A DNA stretch of 64,000 bases from Sulfurimonadaceae bacterium (GCA_942493175.1 OW818672.1:1603541-1667540); one strand, 5' to 3'; counted from the first letter of the stretch, positions 28,532-39,575 are shown. The notes: generated by a model from the letters alone, not told the origin. Numbers and translations are program-made.

Positions 28532-30643
28532 ATGCTAAATCTCAAAAATCCAGACCTATACAATAATCGTGAAATATCATGGCTTCAATTTAACACAAGG
28601 GTTTTAAAACAAGCTCAAGATGAGTCGCTTCCACTGCTAGAGCGCCTGAAATTTTTAGCAATTTATGGAACAAACTTAGATGAATTTTACATGATTAGGG
28701 TAGCTGGACTGAAAAAACTCTTTGCTGCCGGCATCATTGTTTCAAGCGCCGACAAGCTGACACCTCTTCAGCAACTTCGTGAAATAAGAGTATATCTCCA
28801 CCAAGAGCAGCAGGTGGTTGAGTACTGCATGAATGGGATTTTAAAAAAACTGGAAACTGAAGGCATTAGTGTAAAACTTTACAGCGAAGTAAATCAGAAT
28901 CAAAAACAGTATCTAAACAGATATTTTCATGAAAATATCTATCCTGTAATTATTCCCATAGCCATTGACGCAACGCACCCGTTTCCGCATTTAAACAACC
29001 TTAGCTTTGGGCTAATTATAAAATTAAGAGATAGCGACAACACAACAATAGAGAGATTTGGAATCATTCGCGTTCCTAGGGTTTTAGAGAGGTTTGTCGA
29101 GCTTGAGAACGATATTTACATCCCAATTGAGAGTGTAGTAGCAGAGCATGTAGAGGAACTTTTCCCCGGATACACTCTAATAAAATATGCATCTTTTAGA
29201 GTTACAAGAAACGCTGATATTGAGATTGAAGAGGAAGAAGCTGATGATTTCTTGGAAATACTAGAAGAAGGACTGAAGCTTCGCAGAAAAGGTGCTATGG
29301 TTAGACTTGAAGTCGGAAGTGACGGAGATGACGAAATTGTTAATTTTTTCAACCGCCACACAAATGTTTACAAAGATGATATATATACATTTCACACCTT
29401 TTTAAACCTCTCCAGCCTTTGGCAGATAGTCTCAAACAAACATTTTGCGCATCTTTTATCAGAGCCGTTTAAAACAAAAACTCTTCCACCTTTAGATAAT
29501 ATTGAAAATATTTTCACTACATTAGAAAAACAGGATATTTTACTCTACCATCCATATGAAAGTTTTGATCCCGTTGTAAAACTGATTCAAGTAGCAGCAA
29601 AAGACCCGGATGTTGTTTCAATAAAAATGACACTTTATCGTTCAGGAACGGATTCTCCGATTGTTAAGGCTCTTATGAGTGCCAGTGAATCTGGAAAACA
29701 GGTAACTGTTATGGTTGAGTTAAAAGCAAGATTTGATGAAGAGAATAACCTTATTTGGGCAAAAGCACTCGAAAAAGCAGGTGCACATGTTATTTATGGG
29801 ATAAAAGGTTTTAAAGTTCATGCAAAAGCAACCTTGATTACAAGAAGAAAGGGCGGCAAACTAAAACAATATGCTCATCTTGGAACAGGAAACTATAATC
29901 CTGCTACTTCAAAAATATACACGGACATGAGTTACCTTACAAGTAAAGATGAGATAACAACGGACATGACTCGATTTTTTCACTTTTTAACCGGCTTTAG
30001 TAAAAAAGGAAAGCTGAACGAGCTCTACATGTCACCATCACAAATTAAACCGAAAATTCTATCTCTTATTCAAAATGAGGCGAGAAAGAAAGCTGATGGG
30101 CGTATTATTGCAAAATTAAATTCACTAGTTGATGACGATGTAATTAAAGCTCTGTATAAAGCTAGTCAAGCAGGTGTTAAAGTTGACCTTATTGTTCGTG
30201 GAATCTGCTCTTTAAAACCGGGGATAGAGGGAGTTAGTGAAAATATTAGAGTTATCTCCATACTCGGAAAGTACCTAGAACATGCAAGAGCATTCTACTT
30301 CAAAAACGATGAAGCAAAAGTTTATATCTCTAGTGCTGATTGGATGCCTAGAAACTTAACCAGACGTATAGAACTTTTAACTGCAATTAAAGATGAAAAA
30401 GCTAGAGAAAAAATCATACAGATACTTAAACTTCAATGTGCAGACAACTCTTTAGCACATGAACTTCAAAGCGACGGCTCTTATATAAAAGTTAAAAACG
30501 ACGGCCTAAAAATTATAAATAATCATAAACTTTTAGAAGATTATGTAAATAAAATCTCTAAAGCCGCAACAAAAGAGAGTGCAACTTCGATTGAACAGTT
30601 GGCTGCTCGTATATTCAGTGAGGATGATCAAAATGTTATATAA
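28532..30643 (+). CDS. ppk: Polyphosphate kinase 1
   Basis: NRELSWLQFNTRVL start, two PLD-like HKD-type modules (FKVHAKATLI, YLEHARAFYF). 703 aa. Confidence 0.95.
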   Translation: MLNLKNPDLYNNREISWLQFNTRVLKQAQDESLPLLERLKFLAIYGTNLDEFYMIRVAGLKKLFAAGIIVSSADKLTPLQQLREIRVYLHQEQQVVEYCMNGILKKLETEGISVKLYSEVNQNQKQYLNRYFHENIYPVIIPIAIDATHPFPHLNNLSFGLIIKLRDSDNTTIERFGIIRVPRVLERFVELENDIYIPIESVVAEHVEELFPGYTLIKYASFRVTRNADIEIEEEEADDFLEILEEGLKLRRKGAMVRLEVGSDGDDEIVNFFNRHTNVYKDDIYTFHTFLNLSSLWQIVSNKHFAHLLSEPFKTKTLPPLDNIENIFTTLEKQDILLYHPYESFDPVVKLIQVAAKDPDVVSIKMTLYRSGTDSPIVKALMSASESGKQVTVMVELKARFDEENNLIWAKALEKAGAHVIYGIKGFKVHAKATLITRRKGGKLKQYAHLGTGNYNPATSKIYTDMSYLTSKDEITTDMTRFFHFLTGFSKKGKLNELYMSPSQIKPKILSLIQNEARKKADGRIIAKLNSLVDDDVIKALYKASQAGVKVDLIVRGICSLKPGIEGVSENIRVISILGKYLEHARAFYFKNDEAKVYISSADWMPRNLTRRIELLTAIKDEKAREKIIQILKLQCADNSLAHELQSDGSYIKVKNDGLKIINNHKLLEDYVNKISKAATKESATSIEQLAARIFSEDDQNVI

Positions 30644-31160
30644 CTTTAAAAATATGGAACCAAAAATAGGAAAAAACACATGGATAGCACCATCTGCGGA
30701 TGTTATCGGGGATGTGACATGCGGAGAAGATTGCTCTATTTGGTTTGGAACGGTTGTAAGAGGTGATGTTCACTTCATTACAATCGGTGATAGAGTAAGC
30801 ATTCAAGATTTAAGCATGGTGCATGTAACTCATCATAAAAAAGATGACAGAAGCGATGGGCATCCGACTATTATCGGTAACGATGTAACTATCGGTCATC
30901 GTGTAATGCTTCATGGATGTACAATCGAAGATGCTTGCCTTATCGGTATGAGCGCTACCATACTTGATGGTGCGGTTATAGGCAAAGAGTCCATTGTCGG
31001 AGCCGGTGCACTTGTAACAAAAAACAAAATTTTTCCTCCTCGTTCACTTATTATGGGAAGCCCAGCAAAACTAATAAGAGAGTTAAGCGATGAAGAAGTA
31101 AAAGAGTTGTATGCCTCAGCATCAAGATATGTAGAGTTTAAATCTCACTATCAAAAATAA
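30633..31160 (+). CDS. Gamma-carbonic-anhydrase-like left-handed beta-helix protein (YrdA/PaaY family)
   Basis: Hexapeptide repeats and the VIGDVT...SIWFGTVVRGD...VGHRVMLHGC pattern. The ATG at 30633 (AGGA upstream) overlaps the ppk stop; the longer track ORF is rejected. Confidence 0.8.
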   Translation: MLYNFKNMEPKIGKNTWIAPSADVIGDVTCGEDCSIWFGTVVRGDVHFITIGDRVSIQDLSMVHVTHHKKDDRSDGHPTIIGNDVTIGHRVMLHGCTIEDACLIGMSATILDGAVIGKESIVGAGALVTKNKIFPPRSLIMGSPAKLIRELSDEEVKELYASASRYVEFKSHYQK

Positions 31161-31167
31161 AAAATAA

Positions 31168-31779
31168 ATGCCAGAATACTTTATTTTTGCGGACATTATC
31201 GGTATTGTAGCTTTTTCTATAAGCGGTTTTTTAATTGCCATAAAAAATAATCTTGACATTTTAGGCATACTTATCGCATCTGCCCTCACGGCTCTTGGGG
31301 GCGGAATAATTAGAGATGTTATTTTAAGTTCTGCTCCTTTTGCGTTTACATCGCTATATCCGGCGTTAACACTTATAGCAACTATTTTTATCGCTTATGT
31401 TTTTAAACTCTATAAAGAAAGCTCTATTGAGAGAAAATGGATATTCGTAGTAAGTGACACTATCGGGCTTGTTGCTTTTAGCATAACAGGTGCTCTTTTG
31501 GCAATAAATGCGGAGTATAATTTTTTTGGCATAGTAATTCTTAGTTTTATCACAGCTGTTGGCGGCGGTGTAACAAGAGATATTATGATAAATGAAGTTC
31601 CGACTGTTCTAATCAGTGATTTTTACGGCTCAATAGCGGTAATTGTTGCTCTTGTTTTGGGAATTTTAGATCTGTTTAGTGCGGTTAATGAGTTTACAAT
31701 TATCGCTACAGCACTCTTTAGCATAACGCTAAGACTTGTGGCATATCAAAAAAAATGGCATTTGCCGAAGCTGAATTAA
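31168..31779 (+). CDS. TRIC/UPF0126 family cation channel-like membrane protein
   Basis: Two internal repeats, each with GGG(I/V)(I/T)RD (GGGIIRDV and GGGVTRDI). Confidence 0.75.
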   Translation: MPEYFIFADIIGIVAFSISGFLIAIKNNLDILGILIASALTALGGGIIRDVILSSAPFAFTSLYPALTLIATIFIAYVFKLYKESSIERKWIFVVSDTIGLVAFSITGALLAINAEYNFFGIVILSFITAVGGGVTRDIMINEVPTVLISDFYGSIAVIVALVLGILDLFSAVNEFTIIATALFSITLRLVAYQKKWHLPKLN

Positions 31780-32588
31780 TCCAACTTTCTCTTCACGCCT
31801 GTTTTAACATGCGTAGCATATAGAGTCAAACCTGTAAATGCTAAACCGCCGACCAAATTTCCCAGCACTGTCGGTATCTCATTCCAGATAATATAATCTA
31901 TTACGGTAAAATTTCCACCCATAATCATTGAAAAAGGGAATAAAAACATATTTACTACTGAGTGTTCAAAACCCATATAAAAGAAGAGCATAATCGGCAT
32001 CCACATCGCTATAGCCTTACCGCTAACTGCAGTAGAAACCATAGCACCAACCACGCCCATAGAAACCATCCAATTACATAACATTCCGCGAATAAAAATA
32101 CTAAACCATCCTGCTACTCCGTGCTCTCTATAACCCAAAGTCCTAGATTCACCGATATTTGCAATTTTATTTCCGATTATTCCAGAATCAATAGAGTATC
32201 CATAGGTAAGGACAAAAGAGATCATAAATGCAACAATCAATGCTCCGGCAAAATTACCGATAAACACCAACCCCCAGTTTCTGAGAACTTGAGAAACAGT
32301 TACGCCTTTTCTCTTATCCAATAAGGCAAGCGGTACCAAAACAAATACCCCCGTTAAGAGATCAAATTCCATAAGGTACAACATGATAAAACCTACCGGA
32401 AATAACATTGCGCCGATTAGCTGTGAGCCTGTCTGCAATGCAACCATAATAGCAAATACGGCAGCAAGCCCTAAAATAGCACCTGCCATAAAAGCTCTAA
32501 TAAGAGTATCTTTAGTAGACATATAAACTTTTGATTCACCTGAATCCACCATTTTAACAACAAACTCAGCAGGAGCTAAATAAGACAT
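31776..32588 (-). CDS. Formate/nitrite transporter family channel
   Basis: Six-TM FNT pattern, including NFAGALIVA and CNWMVSMGV. Confidence 0.85.
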   Translation of the reverse strand: MSYLAPAEFVVKMVDSGESKVYMSTKDTLIRAFMAGAILGLAAVFAIMVALQTGSQLIGAMLFPVGFIMLYLMEFDLLTGVFVLVPLALLDKRKGVTVSQVLRNWGLVFIGNFAGALIVAFMISFVLTYGYSIDSGIIGNKIANIGESRTLGYREHGVAGWFSIFIRGMLCNWMVSMGVVGAMVSTAVSGKAIAMWMPIMLFFYMGFEHSVVNMFLFPFSMIMGGNFTVIDYIIWNEIPTVLGNLVGGLAFTGLTLYATHVKTGVKRKLD

Positions 32589-32622
32589 ACGGCACTCTCT
32601 TTATTTTTTAATGAGCAATTAA

Positions 32623-33801
32623 TTATGTTCTGTAATCCGCATTTATCTTGACATATTCGTGACCTAAATCACATCCGTATGCTTTAAAATTGCCATCACC
32701 TATGCCTAAATCACACGAAATTGTAAACTTTTGGTGCTGCATAACAACAGCACACTTTTTCTCCATTTCAGCATCAAAAAGTATCTCTCCATTGTCATAA
32801 ACGCATAAATTGTCAAATGAAATTTTCAACTTCTCTTCATAAGCTTCTACCCCGCTAGCTCCGATTGTTGAGGCAATTCTTCCCCAGTTTGGATCTTCGC
32901 CAAAAAGTGCAGTTTTTACAAGAAGTGAATCAGAGAGCGCTTTTGCGGCAATCTCTGCCTCTTTGTCATTTTTTGCTCCCGTTACTTTATATGTAACAAG
33001 TTTAGTAGCTCCCTCGCCATCTCTTACCATCTCCAGCGCCAAAAAGTGCATAACTTTAAAAAGAGCTTCTTTAAAAGCCTCTTTCTCATAAGCTCCGCTT
33101 CTGCCGTTTGCCAAAAGCAAAACGGTATCATTTGTTGAAGTGTCGCCATCTACGCTTATTGCATTAAATGTTGTTGTTTTGACTTCATCAAGAGCCTCTT
33201 GCATCTCTTTTTTTGTAACTTTTGCATCAGTTGTAATAAAACATAACATAGTCGCCATTGCCGGATTTATCATCCCCGCACCCTTTGCTATTGCTCCGAT
33301 ATTAAAACTGCTGCCATCATCAAGCTTAACTTTAAATGCTATCTCTTTTGCAAATGTATCCGTTGTCATTATAGCTTTTGAAGCACTTGCAGAGTCTCTT
33401 TTTGTCAAATCAAAAAGCTTCATACCATCTATAATTTTTGCTTTTGGAAGTCGCACACCGATTACGCCCGTTGAGCTCATAATTGGGTTTTTTACATTTA
33501 GGGGGCAGTTTGAGAGCACCTCTTTTATATCTTCAATCCCAGCTTCACCAGTCATCGCATTTGCATTTTTGGAGTTTATAACTATGAAATTTGTTTTAAA
33601 ATCACCCATTTGGCGAAAATGTCTGATAGGTGCCGCGCACATCTTGTTTGTCGTAAAAACCGAAGCTACTTCACACTCATCTTCACTATATATAAACGCC
33701 ATATCTTTTGCATTCTCTTTTTTAAGTCCGGCACTTACGCCATCAGCAAAAAACCCCTCACTAGCACAAACTCCGCCGCTTGAATAGATTATATTATACA
33801 A
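32623..33801 (-). CDS. argJ: Bifunctional ornithine acetyltransferase / N-acetylglutamate synthase
   Basis: Autoprocessing site [24 protein letters not shown], and C-terminus INADYRT. Confidence 0.95.
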   Translation of the reverse strand: MYNIIYSSGGVCASEGFFADGVSAGLKKENAKDMAFIYSEDECEVASVFTTNKMCAAPIRHFRQMGDFKTNFIVINSKNANAMTGEAGIEDIKEVLSNCPLNVKNPIMSSTGVIGVRLPKAKIIDGMKLFDLTKRDSASASKAIMTTDTFAKEIAFKVKLDDGSSFNIGAIAKGAGMINPAMATMLCFITTDAKVTKKEMQEALDEVKTTTFNAISVDGDTSTNDTVLLLANGRSGAYEKEAFKEALFKVMHFLALEMVRDGEGATKLVTYKVTGAKNDKEAEIAAKALSDSLLVKTALFGEDPNWGRIASTIGASGVEAYEEKLKISFDNLCVYDNGEILFDAEMEKKCAVVMQHQKFTISCDLGIGDGNFKAYGCDLGHEYVKINADYRT

Positions 33802-34930
33802 ATTTTAGCTCCTTAGGCTTATCTCTTTTTCTCAGTAAATCTTTCGTTACATTTATATCTTTTTGCGTTCCAATAACAAGAAGCTTACACTCACTGGTAA
33901 TAAGGACATCACCTTTTGGCATAGCTAAAAATTTACCATCTTTTTTTGTAATTCCCACAATAGATGTGTTTGTTATCTCTCTAATATGTGTTTCTCTTAA
34001 TTTTTTAAGAACTGCCCAGCTATATTTTGGCACTTCTATCTCTTCCATATCAAGTGGGTTATCGCTTTTATATAAAAACTCTTCAAGCAAATTTTCCATA
34101 TCAGGGCGTGCTGCCATTGCAGTTACCCTTTGAGCAGTTAATTTTGTAGGAGACACAACCGTATCAGCCCCAAGCTTTTTTAACTTTTCAACATCGCTCG
34201 CACTCTCGGCAGATGAGATAATATAATACGGTCTTGGCAAAAAATGCTCTTTTTCAAACAATCTCACCGATGCAATTAAAGCAATATTATCACTAATAGA
34301 ACTAGAGAGTGTTATAAGACCTTTTGCAGATGCAAGATGAGATTTAAGCATAGTAATCTCGGAATGAGGCTCTGCTTTTAGATATGTTGTGTAGTTATGC
34401 TCTATTGCCCATTCATGTATCTCTTCTCTTGGATCAACAACTATAAAAGGTATATGATTTTCTCTCAACTGCTTAGTAACTTCAAGAGTGTAATCATTAT
34501 GATAACAAACAACAAAATGTTTTTTGAGCCTTGCAATAGCGTATAACATTTTTCGCTCCTTTAATATTCTAGATAACCTGCCCTTGTTAACAACATCAAC
34601 AACGATACCGATTGCAACAGTAAAGACAGTAAATCCTAAAATTATAAGTGTTACTGTAAAGATTTGCCCTGCTGCTGAAAATTCACCCTCTTTTAAAGAG
34701 CCAAATCCGACTGTTGTAAATGTATATCCAGATTGAAAAATTGCATTCATTATGGTGTAATCTTCTATATAGATATAGCCTAATGTTCCAATAAGCATAC
34801 ATATTTGAATAAGAATCAGTGGTGTTCTAAAAGGTAATAATTGAGCATATAGCTCATCATTTAGTGTAATGGCAGGTTTGGGAGAGGTCTCCCAATGTAG
34901 AAAATTTCGAATCTTTTCTAAGAGATTCAA
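33794..34930 (-). CDS. Potassium channel with RCK/TrkA-type cytoplasmic domains
   Basis: Selectivity filter TTVGFGS between two TM helices, followed by a Rossmann-like region. 8-nt overlap with the argJ start. Confidence 0.8.
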   Translation of the reverse strand: MNLLEKIRNFLHWETSPKPAITLNDELYAQLLPFRTPLILIQICMLIGTLGYIYIEDYTIMNAIFQSGYTFTTVGFGSLKEGEFSAAGQIFTVTLIILGFTVFTVAIGIVVDVVNKGRLSRILKERKMLYAIARLKKHFVVCYHNDYTLEVTKQLRENHIPFIVVDPREEIHEWAIEHNYTTYLKAEPHSEITMLKSHLASAKGLITLSSSISDNIALIASVRLFEKEHFLPRPYYIISSAESASDVEKLKKLGADTVVSPTKLTAQRVTAMAARPDMENLLEEFLYKSDNPLDMEEIEVPKYSWAVLKKLRETHIREITNTSIVGITKKDGKFLAMPKGDVLITSECKLLVIGTQKDINVTKDLLRKRDKPKELKFV

Positions 34931-34948
34931 GTTTGCGTCCTATTAACC

Positions 34949-35137
34949 TTAAGAATTTTTCTTAAGTGTACGCAGCTCTCTTGCAGATATTTTAATCTTT
35001 TGACTTGTACCATCATCTAGAGTGATACGCACTGTTCTAAGATTTAATAAAAAACGACGCTTTGTTCTATTTTTTGCATGTGAAACATTGTTTCCGCTCA
35101 TTGGGCCTTTGCCACTTATAGCACATTTTCTTGCCAT
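34949..35137 (-). CDS. rpmB: 50S ribosomal protein L28
   Basis: [29 protein letters not shown]. Confidence 0.95.
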   Translation of the reverse strand: MARKCAISGKGPMSGNNVSHAKNRTKRRFLLNLRTVRITLDDGTSQKIKISARELRTLKKNS

Positions 35138-35310
35138 GGTTAGCTCCTTATATTAGGTTTTAAAGTTGCGAATTATATCAAGCCCAAACAAAACTTCTGC
35201 TTAAGGGCATATATAAATATTTTTTTCTTTTTTACTTTTACAGATGCCCTTAATATTTCTTTTATACTTATGCAGGTAGAATAAAACAAAATTAAGAATA
35301 TGTAGCAGAG

Positions 35311-36108
35311 ATGATAACAAAAGATAAAATAGATAGTTTTATAGAAAAAATACCTCCGGCACCAAAAGCTTTAAATGAAACAATCTCTCTGCTTAATATT
35401 GGGGAGTTGACAAAAGCGGCAAAGGTTGCCGAGAGTGATTTAGCGCTTAAATCATATCTTAAAAGCATAGTAAACAAACCTATCTATGGATTTAGAAATG
35501 AGGTCAGTGATATTTCTCAAATATTTGGCATACTAGGCGTTTCGCTCTCCCAACAAACAGTATATAACTACATGATAACTCTTTTGAGTCCAAAAAAATG
35601 GGTTTTATTTAAACTAAATGCTAAAACTTTTCATGAATTTCAAGCAAATTTATCAAAAAAATGGGAAATAATATTAAAACATTTAAACATTGATGATAAA
35701 AATATTTACGCAGCCATTAGCCTATTACCGGCAAGTATAATAGTTACAGAAGCTCTTTTTGCAGAGAAGATAGATGATGTAAATCTTTTAAGATCCGCGA
35801 AAGCGCTTGATTTTAACACTATTCTTATTCGTTTGTGCGAAGTTAGCCTTTTTGATATTTGTGAAAAAATTGCAAAAAAATGGGAAATGGATGAAAATAT
35901 TGCTCAAATAGTTCAAGCCTCATCTGGCGTAAAACCATCAAATAGTGAAAAAATTAATAACCTTGGAAAATGGATGCATCTCTTACTTTTTTATGAACTT
36001 TCAAAGCCTGAGCTTATTGAAGCCGGATTGAATGATTTTCTTGATTTTCAAATTGAGTATATTGGCGATATATATGATGAGTTCGCATCTCTTATGGGGG
36101 TTGAATGA
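35311..36108 (+). CDS. HDOD-domain signalling protein
   Basis: The IPPAPKALNETISLL...LALKSYLKSIVNKPIYGFRNEVSDISQIFGILG pattern is typical of HDOD. Confidence 0.75.
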   Translation: MITKDKIDSFIEKIPPAPKALNETISLLNIGELTKAAKVAESDLALKSYLKSIVNKPIYGFRNEVSDISQIFGILGVSLSQQTVYNYMITLLSPKKWVLFKLNAKTFHEFQANLSKKWEIILKHLNIDDKNIYAAISLLPASIIVTEALFAEKIDDVNLLRSAKALDFNTILIRLCEVSLFDICEKIAKKWEMDENIAQIVQASSGVKPSNSEKINNLGKWMHLLLFYELSKPELIEAGLNDFLDFQIEYIGDIYDEFASLMGVE

Positions 36109-37499
36109 AAGCGGTAGTTAAAAACGGGATTGCCGTTTTTTCACCGCAGGGGTTTTTGGATGGAAATAGTCAAAATGCTTTTATGAGCGCCGAAGATATT
36201 GAGTCTGCAACAAATCTCAAAGCAGATATGATTTTAGTTTCACTTAAAAAAGTTGTTTTTTTTAACCGTAACGGGTTAGATATTTTTATAAAACTTTTTT
36301 TAAAAATTCGCAAAAAAAATCATATTACAGTCGGATTTTGTGATTATGACAGTAAAAAGTATGATGCCATAAAAAGATTTTTTCACGATGAGCTTAATTT
36401 TTCACTTTTTAAAACTTTGGATATTGCTTATCTATTTTCATCAAGTTTTAAAAATCAAAATAAAAATATATTAGTTTACAGCAGTGACAAATCCCAACGC
36501 TCTGCTATTGCAATAGAGCTTCACGATGGCGGACATAACCCGATTATTGCACAATCAGAACAAGAGTTTAATGAAAAAAAAGAGAAAAAAGAAGCTTATG
36601 ATTTTATTGTTGACTCGACTTATTTAGGGCAAATGGGGCAAAAAGTCGCAACAAGAGTAACCGGAAATGCCATCATATACACAATCTCCTCATTTTTAGA
36701 TGTGGAAATAAGCGATAAATTTAACATTGAGTATCACAACAACTCTCTAAATGTGGGCTTTAGGCTTTTTATTTTTGATGCATACAAAGTTATTAGCATG
36801 AATGTTCACGCTCTTAACTTTTTTTCCAAACTCGCGAGTTCAGCCGCAGAATACAATGCAAGCATCTGTTTTGTTGGAATGAAATTTGATAAAACTCCGG
36901 AAATTTTTAAAGAAACTATGGAAGATGCGGGGATACTTTTTTATGCCCAAATGGATGATATTCTTCAAAATAAAGAGCTTCTAAAAGAGCTAGGAGCGAG
37001 CAGTGCTTCAAATGTAAAAAACAAAAGAGCTTTAAATAAAGCAACAGTGTTAGAGCTGCCAAAATTTATTGATGCCACTGTTATAACGCTTGAGATGATG
37101 ACAAATGCAAAAGCCATAAAAGAAGCAGTAAATGTTCATAATTTAATTATTGAAGATAAAAAGGGGAAAATAGCAAGTTCAATAGGCTACTATGGCGATA
37201 TTGACGGTATGGTTATTTTGGTTTTTCCACAAGGTATTGCTAAAAAGGCTTGTGAGCTTCTTATTGGTGAAAACACAGATGATATGGAACTTATTTTAGA
37301 CACACTTGCCGAACTTGTAAACATAGTAGGCGGTAAAATAAAAACTCTTCTCTCAGATGAGTTAATTAATGTAAATATAACACTCCCTAGAACATATCAA
37401 GATGTAGATAGTCTGCTTGAAGTTGTTGAAAACAGAAAAGGTGTTCAGGTGGATTTATCATTTAATGACGATAAATTTCTCTTTTTCTTAACTAGATAA
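36105..37499 (+). CDS. Multidomain STAS - (degenerate receiver-like?) - STAS - CheX-like phosphatase fusion
   Basis: N-terminal STAS-like fold (VFSPQGFLDGNS...LVSLKKVVFFNRNGLD). The C-terminal 150 aa align by eye to CheX (GYYGDIDGMVILVFP, LAELVNIVGGKIKT with the ExxN motif, VNITLPR). The ATG overlaps the HDOD stop (ATGA). Confidence 0.55.
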   Translation: MKAVVKNGIAVFSPQGFLDGNSQNAFMSAEDIESATNLKADMILVSLKKVVFFNRNGLDIFIKLFLKIRKKNHITVGFCDYDSKKYDAIKRFFHDELNFSLFKTLDIAYLFSSSFKNQNKNILVYSSDKSQRSAIAIELHDGGHNPIIAQSEQEFNEKKEKKEAYDFIVDSTYLGQMGQKVATRVTGNAIIYTISSFLDVEISDKFNIEYHNNSLNVGFRLFIFDAYKVISMNVHALNFFSKLASSAAEYNASICFVGMKFDKTPEIFKETMEDAGILFYAQMDDILQNKELLKELGASSASNVKNKRALNKATVLELPKFIDATVITLEMMTNAKAIKEAVNVHNLIIEDKKGKIASSIGYYGDIDGMVILVFPQGIAKKACELLIGENTDDMELILDTLAELVNIVGGKIKTLLSDELINVNITLPRTYQDVDSLLEVVENRKGVQVDLSFNDDKFLFFLTR

Positions 37500-37545
37500 A
37501 AGCTACAAAATTGTAGAATCTCGCTCACTTAATAAAGGAAAAATA

Positions 37546-38187
37546 ATGTACATAGCTCCTAGTATTTTATCTGCCGATTTTGGCAATCTACAAAGGGATG
37601 TTGAAGCTATTTGTGACGCTGGTTGTGATTTTGTACATGTAGATGTTATGGATGGGCATTTTGTTCCTAACTTGACTATTGGACCCGTTGTAGTCTCTGC
37701 AATAGCCGCGTGTGCTACGAAACCGCTTGATATTCATCTTATGGTTGAGAACAACACTTTTTTTGTTGACCTTTTTGCTCCTTTAAAACCGGAATATATC
37801 TCTTTTCACATTGAAGAGGAAAAACATCCACATAGACTTATTCAAAAAATTCGCTCACTTGGTATAAAACCTGCAATCGTACTTAACCCACACACACCGC
37901 CGGAGTCAATCGAGTATCTGCTTGGTGATTTAGATATGGTTCTTTTAATGAGTGTAAATCCAGGATTTGGCGGCCAAAGTTTCATAGAGAGCGTTATACC
38001 AAAAGCAAAAAAATTAAGTGCATTAAGAGATAAAATAAATCCAAAATGCCTTATAGAAGTTGATGGCGGAGTTAGTGACAAAAATATTCATCTATTAAAA
38101 GATGCCGGTGTTGATATTGTCGTTGCCGGAAGCTATGTATTTAACCATGCAAATAAAAAAGAAGCGATTGAGTCCCTTAAAATATGA
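37546..38187 (+). CDS. rpe: Ribulose-phosphate 3-epimerase
   Basis: APSILSADF, HVDVMDGHFVPN, MSVNPGFGGQ, VDGG. Confidence 0.95.
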   Translation: MYIAPSILSADFGNLQRDVEAICDAGCDFVHVDVMDGHFVPNLTIGPVVVSAIAACATKPLDIHLMVENNTFFVDLFAPLKPEYISFHIEEEKHPHRLIQKIRSLGIKPAIVLNPHTPPESIEYLLGDLDMVLLMSVNPGFGGQSFIESVIPKAKKLSALRDKINPKCLIEVDGGVSDKNIHLLKDAGVDIVVAGSYVFNHANKKEAIESLKI

Positions 38188-38771
38188 GAACTAAAATTTG
38201 TGGCATAACGACTTATGAAGATGCAATGGTGGCAATAGAAGCCGGGGCGGATGCCTTAGGCTTTGTTTTTTATGAAAATTCACCTAGATATATATCACCG
38301 AGTGATGCTAGAACTATTATAAAAAAACTACCTCCTTTTGTAGAAAAAGTAGCCCTCTTTGTAAATAGCGATGCACAAGTTATTAACTCCTACTGCCAAG
38401 AAGCAGGAACAACGCTTGCTCAGATTCATTTTGAAGCTCCAGATGAGCTTTATGAACAACTGTTCATTCCATATATAAAAGTTATTCGTGCTAAAGAAGC
38501 TGATGATATTTTAAAATATAGCGATGAGTACAGACTTGTGGATGCTTACTGCGAGGCTTATGGCGGAAGCGGTAAAAGACTGAATTTAGAGTGGTTTGAT
38601 GGAATTGATTGCTCTAAAATAATTCTGGCAGGCGGACTTGATGCGCAAAATGTGGCATCTTTAAAAGAGTATGGTTTTTATGGAGTTGATGTAAGTAGCG
38701 GTGTTGAGCTATCTTATGGCAAAAAAGATGCATTTAAAGTTAGAGAATTTATAAAAAATGCAAAGCAATAA
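38184..38771 (+). CDS. trpF: Phosphoribosylanthranilate isomerase
   Basis: KICGIT, GADALGFVF, DVSSGVE. 4-nt overlap with rpe. Confidence 0.9.
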   Translation: MRTKICGITTYEDAMVAIEAGADALGFVFYENSPRYISPSDARTIIKKLPPFVEKVALFVNSDAQVINSYCQEAGTTLAQIHFEAPDELYEQLFIPYIKVIRAKEADDILKYSDEYRLVDAYCEAYGGSGKRLNLEWFDGIDCSKIILAGGLDAQNVASLKEYGFYGVDVSSGVELSYGKKDAFKVREFIKNAKQ

Positions 38772-38774
38772 TTT

Positions 38775-39575
38775 ATGATTCATGACGAACCAAACTTTTC
38801 TCTAGATGCAAAAAGTATTCATAAATTATCTTCTAACGGTCTCTCTTCAAAAACACTAAAAGAGCAAATAAATGAAGATTTAGATTTTTTACTTCAGCTT
38901 TGGCACTCGCAGGGCTTGGAAATTGTAAAACATCAAGGGTCTTTTTATTTTGCAACAAAATTTATCAGCGTAAAAGACGCAATATTTTGCATAGTAGATA
39001 TTGAGACAAATGGCTCAAAAATAGATAAGCACCAAATAATTGAAATCGCTGCCGTTAAAGTGAAAAATGGAGAAATCATTGACAGCTATGAATCGCTTGT
39101 CAACTGCAAGGAGATTAACCAGCATATTACTGAGATAACGGGAATAAGTGCCGATGACACGAAAGATGCGCCAAACCTAAAAAAAGTTATGTATGATTTT
39201 AAAACTTTTTTAGGAGATGCAGTTTTTGTTGCGCATGATGTAAAGTTTGACTATAAATTTATATCTTTAAGTATGCAAAAAATTGGTTTAGCACCACTTT
39301 TAAATAGAAGTTTGTGTTCGCTCTCTTTGGCAGAGAGAACTATTGAGTCATATAGATATGCTCTCTCATATCTGAATGTCTCATTTAATCTAAATCCAGA
39401 AGCAATTCATCATAGAGCTATGAGCGATGTAATGACAACTTATGAGCTTTTTAAATTATCACTTTCCAATCTAGATGAAGAGATAGTGAGTGTTGAGGAT
39501 CTTATAAAATTTTCAAAAGAGGCTAAGAGATTGAAAAAACCAAAATTTGACCCTCTCTTGGAGAGTCAAGAGTAA
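38775..39575 (+). CDS. DEDDh 3'-5' exonuclease (DNA polymerase III epsilon-like) with N-terminal extension
   Basis: ExoI VDIETNG, ExoII AHDVKFDYKF, ExoIII HHRAMSDV. Confidence 0.8.
   Translation: MIHDEPNFSLDAKSIHKLSSNGLSSKTLKEQINEDLDFLLQLWHSQGLEIVKHQGSFYFATKFISVKDAIFCIVDIETNGSKIDKHQIIEIAAVKVKNGEIIDSYESLVNCKEINQHITEITGISADDTKDAPNLKKVMYDFKTFLGDAVFVAHDVKFDYKFISLSMQKIGLAPLLNRSLCSLSLAERTIESYRYALSYLNVSFNLNPEAIHHRAMSDVMTTYELFKLSLSNLDEEIVSVEDLIKFSKEAKRLKKPKFDPLLESQE

Noticed and set aside
33140-33787. 215-aa ORF on the + strand inside argJ
   Set aside because: It is fully antisense to a gene with unmistakable ArgJ motifs. It has a Ser/Phe/Ile-rich low-complexity translation and no ribosome-binding site. 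It is a shadow ORF.
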